64,000 nt of DNA, taken from positions 366,358,001 through 366,422,000 of the forward strand of contig OZ024740.1 of the NCBI GenBank assembly GCA_964016885.1, given 5' to 3'. Within the stretch, counting starts at the first letter, position 1. Every line of letters starts with the position of its first letter. Under the pieces are notes generated by a model. The model did not search any database, was not told where the DNA came from, and saw nothing but the letters and a program-made list of their open reading frames with translations. The stretch comes from Eledone cirrhosa. Lineage: Eukaryota. A program made the position numbers and the translations under genes. This document shows positions 12,708 through 26,319 of the stretch, piece after piece.

Positions 12708-13049
12708 ATCATCATCATCATTTCATTTTACGTCCGCTTTTCCCTGCTTGCAAGGGTGGGACGGGAACTGATTCTGGCTTGATTTCTACAGCTGGATGCC
12801 CTTCCTAACACCAACCTCATTTACAGTGAGTGCTGGGTGCTTTTTTGCCATGGCACCTCCACGACCACTTTACAGTGGAATGATAAGGACCTCAGTCCCT
12901 ATCATCTCATTTCTACAGCCGAGTAAACTGGAGCAATGTGAAATAAAGTGTCTTGCTCAAGGAAACAACACATCACCCGGTCTGAGAATTGAACTCACAA
13001 CCTTTCAATTGCAAGGCCAATGCTCTAACCACTAAGCCATATGCCTCCA
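12708..13049 (-). mobile_element. Full-length tRNA-derived SINE, family A (other copies ~17850-18053, ~30663-30988, ~52678-52970, head at ~38520-38600)
   Basis: Minus-strand head ggaggcatatggcttagtggttagag (A box) ... gagttcaattc (B box), CORE-like middle, 3' tail matching the RTE 3' UTR, (TGA)n end. Confidence 0.9.
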
Positions 13050-13066
13050 TGTATATATATATATAT

Positions 13067-13161
<95 letters not shown>

Positions 13162-13259
13162 TGGGGGAGAGAGGTTGAAATATATAAAGACAGATAAACA
13201 ATACATTTCTGAATACACAGGGATACATATATCCCCACCGCCACCAAAACTAGTAAATG

Positions 13260-13291
<32 letters not shown>

Positions 13292-13385
13292 CATTATCAT
13301 CATCATCCTCATCATCATTTTACATCCACTTTTCCCTGCTTGCAAGAGTGGGACAAAATATAATATATGTGTGTGTGTGTATATA

Positions 13386-13582
<197 letters not shown>

Positions 13583-14735
13583 CATGATACAATAATCTGA
13601 GAAGCAATAACATTAACAACAACAACAACATAAATCCTACTTTGGACACTCTACGACAAAAGGCAGTCATTCAGAACTGAATTGTCTTTTACAAATCACA
13701 AAAGATTCTAACATAAATCCTCCGACCGTAATCTCATAGAATATTGGGATCAAGAGACTAGGCTTCCAGTCTATAATTCTTATATTGACAGCATTAAGAA
13801 ATTTCCAGGCAAATACTAGAATTAAATTTAGCTGACAGAAAATTGGCACTGATTCTAATCTACCACAAAACAAGACAAAATAAAAAAAAATGCCAATTGG
13901 TATCATATGAAAGTGAGCAGGTTCTTTGGATCTTTGCCCAATTGTCTAAGTAATGCACTCCAAGCCCGGCATGTGGGACCTTTCTTATATGTATTACTGC
14001 ATGCTACATGGCATCTTGTCGATTGTAAATGCAAGGCCAGTTGTGAAAGCTGTATAAGCTGTGGTGTTAAGCAGGTAAGCAGTATTGGATGGAGATTAGT
14101 CTCTGTAATATTATGACCTGGAATGTTGTCTGGTTGGTATGTGTGTGTGTGTGTGTGTGTGTGCATGCGAGCACATACACACACACACACACACACACGC
14201 ATATATATATATGCATATATACATGTATAATTGTGACTGTGTGTATGCATATGTATGTTTATGCACTTATATGAATAAATACTTGTGAACACATAAACAC
14301 ATACATTTTATATATATATATACACACACACACATATATATATAGGTGGTAGTATGTTTGAAACTGTTATTACATATGTGGTAATGCTGCAAAGAGAAAG
14401 AGACTGGTTTGAATAGAATAAATATTATATATATAATTATCATCAGCATCAATGTTTTATTTTTATGTTCATTTCCACAATGAAGACTGGACAGGTTGGA
14501 AGAGCACACTCTGCTCATCCTTTCTAGTTTGGTATAGTTTCTATGGCTAGATGTCTTTCCTAACACCAACAGCTTTGCAGATAGTACTGGGTGCATTTTA
14601 TAATGACACCAGCACTACCACTTTACAAAATGTATTGGGTACATTTTATTGTGACACCAGCACCACCACTTTACTGAGTATGTATGGTGTATTTAATCTT
14701 GGCACTGACACTGACACTTTACAGACTGTACTGGA

Positions 14736-14774
<39 letters not shown>

Positions 14775-15199
14775 TATATTATATTATCAAGATTACTCTC
14801 TGTTGCTACACTGAATGTATGTGTGTGTGTGCGTGTATGTGTGCGTGTGTGTGAAATCACCTAACTTAGTGGTTAGAGGGTTGGCTTACGATCGTAAGGT
14901 TTTGAGTGTGATTCCCGGGTGTGCATTGTGTCCTTAAAACACTTTATTTCTTGTTACTTCAGTCCACTTAGCTGGAAGAAAAAAATGAGTTGTATCCATA
15001 ATTCAAAAGGCCAAACTTATCCATACTCTGTGTTATGCTGAATCTCCCTGAGAACTATATTAAGTGTATACATATTTGTGGAATGCTCAGCCATTTGCAT
15101 GTTAATTTCATGAGCAGGCTGTTCTGTTGATCAAAAAACTGGAACATTCATTGTTGGAACATATGGAAGTCCAACTCACACACACACATACACACAGAC

Positions 15200-16090
15200 C
15201 TGGTCACAATGCAGCAATGGATCATGGACTGGCAACTCAAGCTGGCTGTGGACAAGTGTACCACTATGCATTTTGGGAGGAAAAACTCAGCGTTCACATA
15301 CTCCCTCCACAACACTAATATCAAGAAGTCTTCTTGTGAATGTGACCTGGACATTACTGTCAGCAGCGATTTGTGTTGGACAAAGCACATATTTAAAATT
15401 GTAGAAGGCCGAGGGTGTCTTAGCATCACTCAGCAAGACATTTGTCAACAGCTCTCCAGCTATCTATTTAAAGCTGTATATAGCTATGGTGCGGCCACAC
15501 TTGCATCACCAGTCTGGAACCCCTATCTTGCCCAGAATATCGACCTCCTGGAAACTGTTCAAAGATGTGCAACCAAGTGAATACCCTCCACCAGGCATAT
15601 ATACCATACTCTGAACACCTTGCTTCCCTGGGCATGGATACATTGAAGCTCCGATGTCTGGCAACTGACTTGGTAAACACCCACAAAATGATTAACCATC
15701 TTGCCAACAACAACCCTAGGCACCTTTTTGAATTCCATGTGTCTAACCCATGGAATTCAAAAAGGTGCTCGGGGTTGAGGGCATGTCTACAAAATCAGAA
15801 AACAGTACAGCTTCCATGATTTTGGAAACATTTTTCGTGCTCAGAGTTGCTGAAGCATGGAACAAACTACCTGCATCAGTTGTTAGCTGCTGGGACATTG
15901 CATCCTTTAAAACCTCCATGCTTCCTGAAATTTGCCAACACTACACCTGATATTCTCCCTCCATACACATGAACACATGTATATCATACACTGTTCACTT
16001 TCCTGACATTTGTACATTATTCTATGTATTATACATGCACCTTTGATGAGTTGTAGTGCACCTGAGCACTGTACACAATAATTTCATTTT
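15200..16090 (+). mobile_element. CR1-clade LINE 3' fragment (decayed)
   Basis: WIMDWQLKLAVDKC..MHFGRKN...DLDITVSSDL.W..HI; ASPVWNPYLAQNIDLLETVQR.ATK; FF.LRVAEAWNKLP. Confidence 0.85.
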
Positions 16091-16164
16091 TTATGCTTAT
16101 GAACATCAACTGATGAAGCTCATCTACATACAGAGCAAAAGCTGGTGGGCTCTAATTAATGGTT

Positions 16165-16375
16165 TCTTATATAGGCACAAGGCCAGTAATTTGGGGGGAG
16201 GGGAAAGTCGATTAAATCGGCCCCAGTACATTACTGGTACTTTATTTTATCGACCCCATAAGGATGAAAGGCAAAGTTAACCTCGGCGGGATTTGAGCTC
16301 AGATCATAAAGAGCCGTAACTCTATGATGCAAAGCATGGCGTCTGACCCTCTACTGATACTGCCAATCCACCGCC
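16165..16375 (-). mobile_element. SINE family C (also ~17005-17095 -, ~23140-23320 -, ~52050-52240 +, ~53170-53395 -, ~53860-54035 -)
   Basis: Repeated ggcggtggattggcag...gagttcaaatcccgccgaggt...gcctttcatcctt...gtcgataaaataaagtaccagt. Confidence 0.8.
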
Positions 16376-16403
16376 CTCTGGTGGGCTCTAATTAATGAGA
16401 GGC

Positions 16404-16720
16404 AGTAATGTTCTGACATAGCATGGTTGATATTTGACTGGGCTTATATATTGAATAATACACAAAATGTTCATGTAGATAAACATTTTTACAGCCTTGC
16501 TATGAATTTTCAGATGTGATAAGTTTCAGCTGAGTTAACCCCTCTTAAGATGGTTAATGAACCAGAAATGTTTGTGAGAGTCCTTGGCTGCTAATTCACC
16601 ACTTCCAAAATTCATAGTCAGGCTGTAAAAATGTTTATTTACATGAACATTTTATATATTATTCAATATACATCCCCAATCATGTATCAATCCTGTTATG
16701 TCAGAACATTACTACTTTTC
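16404..16720. repeat. Diverged foldback with a possible HHR relic in the loop
   Basis: aatgttcatgtagataaacatttttacagcc is mirrored by ggctgtaaaaatgtttatttacatgaacatt; loop has CTTAAGA-TGGTTaatgAACCA-GAAA (16544-16568). Confidence 0.7.
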
Positions 16721-18070
16721 ATATATATGTAGTTTTTAAATAACTATTTAACTCTGTTCCTGCAACTGCCATGGGATACCACATCTATGATGGATGATTT
16801 GCATAATGTTAAGTGCTTTAACTTATTACATCATGGTTTGCTAACCGGAATGACCAGCATAACATAAATGGTGTGTGTGTGTGTATATATATATATTGGA
16901 AAATGTGTGAAATCCTTGGAACAGTTAGGTATATTTGAAAAAAGGAAAAGAATGACTTCACTTGTAGCTCTAAACAATTTGATTTAATTTTATAATATTA
17001 TAATTGTTTCTACGTTTGGCACAAGGCCAGCAATTATCCAGTGCATTACTGGTACTTTATTTTATTGACCCTGTAAGGATGAAAGGCAAACTTAACATAA
17101 TTTTATAATATTATAATATTATGAGTTGGTAGATCTAGTAAGTTCTTTGTTAACTTCGGTAGGAAGATTTTTAAAGATTCCTGGTTAACTTTCCTGGTTA
17201 ACTTTCCTGGTTAACTTTTCTGGTTAACTTTCGCATTCATTGGTGGTGATTGTCAAACTGAGATCAGGTTGTGTTGTGATTTGTGACTCAATATATAAGA
17301 GAGATTTGGATGTGTCTGGATGGTGGTGTGCAGTGTTCATGAGTTAACTCCTCTCCACACCACCGATGTTGTCCAAGGGAAAGGCAATGGTCAATACAGC
17401 TTGGCTTCAGTGATGTTACAACTCATTTCTACAATGTTTGGCATGTGTTTGATTCCCAGTGGTGCATTGTGTCCTTAACTAAAACACTATATTACATGTT
17501 GCTCTTGTCCACTCAGCTGACAAAAGAAAAAAAACAAAAAACAGAGTTGTACTTGTAATCTAAAAGGCCAGCTTTGTCACACTTATGTCACACTGAATCT
17601 TCCTGAGAATTATGTTAAGGGCACATATGTCAATGAAATGCTCAGTCATTTGCATGTTAATTTTTAACTGGTATCTGGAAGATATGGTGTTTGATTCTTT
17701 GTAGCAGCTGCTGTCAACATTTTTCCACCTTTACCTGATTTTTATAAGCTATTTCATAGCAACTGACTGTAATTGCAGTTATTTTCTGTGACTGACCATC
17801 TTGCATCCTCTTATAAATTAATTTATATGTCTATACACATATATATATATATCATCATCATTTCGTTTTATGTCCGCTTTTTCCCTGCTTGCAAGGGTGG
17901 GACGGGAACTGATTCTGGGTTGATTTCTACAGCTGAGTAAACTGGAGCAATGTGAAATAAAGTGTCTTGCTCAAGGAAACAACACATCACCCGGTCTGAG
18001 AGTTGAACTCACAACCTTTCGATTGCAAGGCCAATGCTCTAACCACTAAGCCATATATATATGGGTAGGG

Positions 18071-18162
<92 letters not shown>

Positions 18163-19738
18163 ATACATACATACTTACATACATACAGCAGTTGTGTATA
18201 TTCACATGTCTAAATATAATTGCATGTCAATAAAATGAAACAACCAATTAGAGACATAGAAACTGATAGAAAATGATAGGTTTCATCTTGAGAATTTGGT
18301 GTTTACACCTTAAACATGAAGGTGTATTTTTCCATGTATATGAGTAGCTGTATGTGCACACACACATACATATATAAGGTGATACTTACATATGTTTTAT
18401 TGCATACAGCATGTCTTTATGCTGGTGTACATGCCAATGCCTTGTGAACCAAAAACAAGGAAAAGCCCATGGACATATGTGTGTGTGTGTGTATATATAT
18501 ATATATGTGTGTGTGTATGTATGCCTTTATGTATATATATATATATATAAATGTATCTGTATTTGTCTGTATGTATATATATATATGTATGTATATGTAT
18601 GTATGTATATGTATGTATATATCATCATCATCATTTAACATCTATTTTCCATGTTAATATATATATATATATATATATATCATATGCAAATAAACTTGTC
18701 TGTTTACTAAGAAATGCAGCACATAGTTGGCAGTAAAAGTACACTTTAAGGAAATCCATGCGGTAACAGAAGAGAAAACTATGTGCGTGTGAAAGAGTGC
18801 ATGGTGAAGAAGAAGACAAGGAGGAAGAGGAGAAGTGAGAGAGAGAAAGAGGGAGTGGGTGAGTGAAGAAGGAATCGAAGAATGAGAGATAGTGGGAATA
18901 AGAATGAACAGTAGAGTTTTGGCAAGGGGAAGATGCTATGTCTTGCACTCTAGATCAATACTATAATGAGAAACTATATATATATGACAGAATTATGGTA
19001 ATAGATTTGCTGTACGTTTGTTTGGCTAGCAACATTGAGATTGTAAATAGAAACGCAGCTTACTATATATGTGTAGATGTATAGAATGATATATGTAGAT
19101 GTGGATAGATAGGTGGAAGATGGATGGACAGATGGATATGGAGATTCAAGCAAATACCTATACATATATGTATTGGTATTTGTTTGACTATAACACACAT
19201 ACACAGATGTATGTTCTTATGTACTACTTTGTTCCTCTCATACAGTTGTCCTGTACATCAGACAATAAACATTCACCAATCACTCTGGGTCTGTGTTTAG
19301 TCAACCTCCTTTTCCCATGTTATATTAAGTATTGCACCATGTCTTATATAGTCTTCCCATTTTAATTCTTTCCTCTGCTAGTACCCACATCATAACAGTC
19401 CTGATTATTTGTCATTCTGGCATTTTCTGATACATGGCTTACAAATCTCATTCTTTGCTCTCCACAATTTCCTGCACGCTACACAATTTGGCTCTCTTCA
19501 TAACTTCATGATGCAGAGACAGATGTCAGTGGATGAAATGATGTTCTTCCGAAGAATCTTTGGAGTAATGTTACTCGATAGGGTGCATAGCTTAGAGATC
19601 AGGTAATCACTTCAGGTAGAGATCACAGCCCAAATACAATGAACATGTTGTTAGAATGTCTAAAGAAAGAATTGTTAGGCAGATTTTATAGGCAAAGCAA
19701 ACTAGCAGGAGACCTAGAGGCTGACCAGGAGCAAGATG

Positions 19739-19870
19739 GTTGGCTAACATCTTATAAGTTCAATTTATCTCACTTATGAGATCCAGCCAGATCATTTAGA
19801 GATAACCATCTCTAAATGATCTGGCTTGATCCCCAAGTGAGATAAACTGAACTTATAGATGTTAGCCAAC
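19739..19870. repeat. ~65-bp inverted duplication inside an RTE fragment
   Basis: gttggctaacatc...gccagatcatttagagat aacc atctctaaatgatctggc...gatgttagccaac. Confidence 0.85.
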
Positions 19871-20527
19871 TATGGGACCCTCTGGAAGGCATGTCTGAGA
19901 CTCTGCACCCATAACTTTTTCAGGAATAAGTGGGCAAAGAAGAAGAAGAAGAAATCTTGTTCTCTGCAAGACAAAAGAAAACTCTCCACACTACACAGTC
20001 TCCATTTTCTTCAAAGCAAATGGGACAAAGGGGATTATTTGAAGGAGGATGGTGACTAAGAGTAGACACAGAAGATAGCATGAGTGAGTGTGAATGGGAA
20101 AGCAGAGTGACAATTTTGTAGGTAGGGAGCTGGATAGAGTATTTGAGTAGGGAAAATGCCTGAGTAAAATGACAGGATACTAAATAAAGATACCAAATAT
20201 AGTAGTAACAAGGAATTGGACATGCTAATTTGCATATTATTAGTGCTTCTTTGGCAGTTAATTTTACTTTGAAATGTGTGCCTCCCAATGTAAATGACCA
20301 TAAGAGTTGATCACTGTAAATAATAGTTGAAAGAATTGGTTAAATACCCATGGAGATGGAAAAAACAGTGGGAAGAGGTACCTACAAGGAATTGAATCCT
20401 GCAACACATTCTCTCTATATGTTAGATATAACATCATACCAATGAATCAGCACACATTGGGTATTATATGTTTGAGATAAATATATACATACTTAAGTGT
20501 GTGCGCACACACACACATATATATATA

Positions 20528-21780
20528 TACAGGATGACTCTAAAAAACTAGCCTTGCACATGTTTTCCATCACTGTATATTCATTTTCGTACCAATCAAC
20601 CTTAAATTTCAGGCCATGGCAGATACAACGTCTGAGAAAACAAAAAGACTCCAATGGAAGCTTCACCACTGGAATTTCTGTGTGAAACACTACTATAAGT
20701 GTGGCTTGTATCATACAAGCAGGGCCAAGAGCAATTTCATGCATTCTTTGGAACAGACAAATCTTCCTTTAAAGCCAACATAAAAAACTAGGCAAAGAAA
20801 TTTGAGACCTATGGGACAATGGAGAACCTCAATACAATGTCTGAGGACCATCTTACCCATTCTGTATGACTCAGAAAGCATACACAGGAAGTTATGACAT
20901 AGTTAGAGAGTCTATTGTAAAGAGCCCAAAACAATCACTGTGCAGGAGGAGCCAATACTTGGGTCTCTCTACAGAAACTTGGCAGGAGCATTGTTAAAAG
21001 GGATCTTAAGTACCACTACAGAATACAGACTAAACAAAAGAGAAAGGCTATGGCTGAGAAAATGCTGGGGAAGATAGAAAATAACCCAAATTTTCTGAAT
21101 CTCTTGTGAACCTCTGCTGAAGACCACTTTCACTAAGAGGGGAAGATCAACTTTAAAACAATATGTTCTGAGAATTAGAGAAATCCACAGAAGTGGCTGT
21201 GAAACCTCTGCACTAGACTAATCATACCATCTGAGATGCCATTTCTGAGAGAGGGTTGATTGGCCAATTCTTCTTTGAAGAAAATGTGTCATTGCTACAA
21301 TCATAAAGGACTGCTATGTAGAGGTCCTGGAAGACTTCAGAAAAAAAGCTACAGACCATTTACCCATTTCTAATAAATAAGTTCTTGTTCCAGCAAGATG
21401 GAGTAAGCCCTCATGACTAAAATGAGTCACAAGAATGATTGAAAAATAACTTTGGAAATCATATGATGAGTTTGAGTGGGCCCCACACAGTTCTTATTTA
21501 AGCCACCCAGATTTCTTTCTTTGGGTATTTGTCGACAAACCCAAAACCATCAATGAACTAAAGGAAAACACCAGGAAGGAGATCAGAGCCACCCCTATGT
21601 CTATTTGTAAAGACATGCTAAACTTCACCATATACCTCAAAAACTGCATAGATTCAAATGAGGATCACTTGGAACATGTACTATAACTCTGGATAGAATC
21701 ATCAGAAGATAGTGAATTCTTGATATTTTGTTTTGAATGGTTTGAAATAAAGATATTTGAAGTTTCATCAGTTTTGTCAA
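20528..21780 (+). pseudogene. Tc1/mariner (probably DD37D/maT-like) transposase relic
   Basis: TA-CAGGATG start; remnants TSAEDHFH (cf. FSDEAHFH), LFQQDGVSPH, W.PHSSYLSHPDFFLW (cf. WPP.SPDL.P.DFFLW); many stops. Confidence 0.75.
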
Positions 21781-24700
21781 ACAAATGAATCATCATCATC
21801 ATCATTATCATCATCATCATTGTTTAATGTCAATTTTTCCATGCTAGCATGGGTTAGATGAATTGTCCCATTGTGAGACAAGCCAGGTCAGATGACTTCG
21901 TCATGCTCATGCAGAACTAATTCTGGCTTCACCTCTACAGCTGGATGCCCTTCATAAACGCCAACCACATCTACAGTGTTTACTGAGTGCTTTTTGTAAT
22001 GATACCTACACAACCAATTTACAATGTAGACTGAATACTTTTTGTAATGTCACCAACACAACTGCTTTACAGTATGGGCTAGGCTCTTTTGTCGTGACAC
22101 CAATATGACAATTTTACAGTGTGGACTGGAGGCTGGGGTGGGGGATGTGCATGGGAATTGTGGAAGTAGATCTAGGGACATGGGTGAGGGGTAGGGTGTT
22201 AGGACGTGGGAGAGAGAGGTAAGTAGGTAATTTGGTGGGTGGGTACGTAAGTATGTTAGTAAGTAGGTAGATATATAGATAAATTACATGAAACTGATAG
22301 ATAAATGGATGCAAATAAACTAATAAATTGATGGAGATTGATATTTAGACCTAGATATCTCAAGACAGGTCGATATTGATACAGATAGATTGATAGATAA
22401 ACAAGTAGAGATCAATAAACATACGGGTACATAGATAAACAATCACAGTTTGGAATTTATAGCAGTATATAGCATTGATATATAATTTGCAAATTGTATT
22501 TTTATTAACATTTGGTCTCTTCTTTCAATCTTCTATATATATCATCGTCATTATCCTCCTCATCATTATACTTTCCTCATCATTATACTTTCTTCTTCTT
22601 CTTCTTCTTCTTCTTCTTCTTCCTTCCCCTCTCTCTCCTCTCTCTCCTCGTCCCCTACAATCACCACCATCATCATCACTGTTATCATCATATATAAACA
22701 TACAAATTTCTTTCTTTCCTGTTTTTTACTTTCTTTCATTCTTCTTTTCTTTATCTTTACAAACCAATGCCAATCTATAAAGACTTGATGAACACACATA
22801 ACTATAAAGGAAATATTTCAGAGATTTTATGAAAATCATATGACTTCTTAATTCAAACAGTGAAACACTATTGCAAGAGAGTATGAATTCTATAAATTTG
22901 ATATCACAATTGTTCAACAATAGCGTCATTGTTTACATATTTCCAACAAACCAATCACCAGTTCTCTGAATTTTTCATAAAGATATCTTTAAAGCAGAAA
23001 TTTAAACCATTTTGATACCACCCTGCCTGAGATTGCCCCTGGTTCTATAATACAAAACTGTTGGTTTTAGATTAAGATTTTTCATTATATTTGTCAGTGA
23101 AATCTTTATTTTCAGATATATTCTAAACAATAGTTTAATAATTATTTCTACTTTTGGTATAAGGCCAGCAATTATCCCAGTGCATTACTGGTACTTTATT
23201 TTATCGACCCTGTAAGGATGAAAGGCAAAGTTAACCTCGGCGGGATTTGAACTCAGAATGGCAAGGGCCGTAACTCTATGGGTCAAAGCTTGGCGTCCGA
23301 CCCTCTACCGATTTTACTAAATTATTAAATTATTCAAAAAATTAATTGAAACATATAAACAGTGTTTATTTTTATTAGAATTATGGTAACTAAAGGGTTA
23401 CCTCTGAGCAGAACAAATATCATAAAGGCCTTCATTATAAAGCACCATTTATATCCTACAAGTTTTAGAAACACTGAACAGCCTCCTCATGAAATTAATC
23501 AGCAAGTGACTGAGATTTCCACAGATGGCATGTACCCACAACATATTTCTCAAGAAGATTCGGGATAACATGAGTGTGGCATGGCTGGTCCTTTGAATTA
23601 CAGGTGCAACTCATTTTTACCAGTTGAGTGGACTGGAGCAAAGTAAAATAAAGTGCTTTGCACAATGAAATTGAACTCACAACCTTACAATCATAAGGCA
23701 AATACCCTAACCACTTAGCCACACACCTCCATTTTGTTGATATATATGTGCTGCAAAAGGCCTACACATACACATATATTATGATGATCATCATCATTAT
23801 TTTACATCCTCTTTCCATGGCTGAATAAGTTGAATGAGTTTATCTAGTCTGAGTAATGAGTTGATATAGTCTGAGTTAGTTTTTATTTGGTGTTATTGCC
23901 TTCCTAGATTATGTTTGTAGTAGGTTAAATGTAAGCTCAAATGTTTTTTTAGCAGCTGATACTGAATATCGTGATCCAGGAAAATGGGATAGATTTTCGA
24001 GAAGCTATTGACCTTTCTACAACTATGAATTGCAAAAAAAAAAAAAAAAAAAAAAAAAAAACGAATAATTTTTTGTTTGTTTTAGATGTTAATGCCTTAT
24101 GTTAATGTAAGCTATTCCTTTAAAAAAAATATCTGCAAAATTTCCTTTAAAGAATATGAATATTATTAAGAGATTTATAGGGAAATAAAGCTGGGGGATA
24201 ATGCTAAATTGTATGATATTTATGCCCAAAAATATCCATATATGTATATATACATGGTCACACAAACACACACACTTACATATGGAAACACACTTAAACT
24301 GCTCTGCATTATCTAGCAATAGCCAAAATCTTGTGAAGCAATACAGATTGATTGCAAATGTTGCTTGTGTATGATTATATTTAGAAAAAATATTTCTACA
24401 AAATTTTGCTTATCTTTTATATTAATAAAAGATTTCTTAGTTTATTATTACTCACACTTTCTTTTTTTTCTCTTTAAATTGGCAATTTGTTTTCTTTTAA
24501 TTAAACTAGCTGATCATAAATAACACCATCCAATCAGGTATGTGTTAATTCCCAGGCTATCTCTGCTGGCTATGAGTATGACTGTGTACATATGTGTATG
24601 TAATTGGGAGTATGAGTGTATGGGTGCTAGTGTGTTTCTTTATATGTGAGTGTGTATGTATATATGTGTGAATGGGCATATGTCACTATCATTATCATCA

Positions 24701-25398
24701 TTTTTATGCCTGCTTTTCCATGCCATATATATATATATGTAAAAGGTAAACAGAAATAACAACACAATTGGTACAGTATATGGAAGGAATATGTTGGATT
24801 TTCAAGTTAGATTTTCACCCTGAAACTGGATATAAACCCAGAATTTACCTGAACTTCCACCAGGAAATCTTTTCATATCACTGAAATTTTCTTTGCTTCT
24901 TATATATATATATATATGTATATACACACACACATATACATGCACACACACATATATTTAGTAAATCAGCAGCAACACAAGTAAAATTATTTGGGATACT
25001 CCCTATGCACTCAGTGATGTGAGAAATGAATTCTTTGCATCAGAGTGGACTCGTTATGATATTAGATGGGAAACACTATGAATAATATTTAGACCATGTG
25101 TATGATGCTACCTACAGTGGATGACAACAACAACATATAACAAAGAGAAAAGTAAGATCTTACCCAGAGCATAACAGTTTCTGACGAATTATCTGTTGTG
25201 CAGTTGCAGTTGCAAGTGTACCCTAACAGTGATTGCATGAGGAAATGGAAATGGTTGCATCATCCTCAGTGGGCATTTGTTCTATGAATCTGACTTCAAA
25301 CTCGAGAATAAGATATTGTTCGGTACTATAGTAGTTCAGAGATTTTGTAATATTATATCATTATCATCATTTTACGTCCGCTCTTCCCTGCTCGCAAG

Positions 25399-25434
<36 letters not shown>

Positions 25435-26319
25435 CTGTACTAGTAATAGATATTTGCTTTACGGGTTTATATATACTTTTATATATATATATACAATCCT
25501 TATTGAGACCTCTTCAGATTTTGGTCTTCGTAATTATTATTACTTATATATATATAACCATGGTAGAGTGGAAGAACGGACATAAAACGGTGATGATGAT
25601 GATGATATATATAATATATCCTTATCATCATCACCCTTTTGTGTCCATTTTACCATGCTTGCATGAGTATGTATATATATATATATGAGACAAACTTGGA
25701 AACTTTTAAGCAATTTATTTGATTTGAAACAGTTTTATTTGTTTTTAAAATTTAAGTTTTTGTCATTTTGGTCCTTTTCAAAGAAGATATTGTTGAAGAA
25801 GTAGACAGACAAACAATATAGCACATGTTGTCTAGAGAATATTTACAGGTCAAATGAATTCATGGCAAAAGATTAACAGCAGCTGTCAGTTTCCCCATCA
25901 GTTTTAGTGTCTTCATTATCTCCATTAAGTTTTCTGTTTAATTCTATGGACAGAAAAACACCAAAAACAAAATGTGAAGGAAAGCTGAAGGTGAAAATTT
26001 TGCAATTTGTCTAAAATTTCAAATTTATTCCAATGCTTCAAGTTTACTTCAGAAATGTAAATCTCCAAATTTATCTAATAAGAATGTATATATGTCCATT
26101 GGTACAGACATGTGATGCGCATGTATGATGATTGATGGGTGAAGAAGTGCCAGGAAATGCCAGTGGAAGGAAGCCATTGTAGAGGTAGACAAAGAAAGAC
26201 ATAGGCAGAGGTGGTGAAAGCTGACCGCAAAACACTGAGACTCACAGAGGAGATGACGAAATGTGAGTGGAGAGATGCTGTGTTGAGAAGAATGTAAAAA
26301 CAATGATGATATATATATA

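Noticed and set aside
12985-13049. tRNA gene
   Set aside because: tRNA-like A/B boxes run into a SINE body repeated many times in the window
25440-25545. HHR on the minus strand (also ~33200-33285 and ~5945-5985)
   Set aside because: Core boxes too degenerate to call; at most relics
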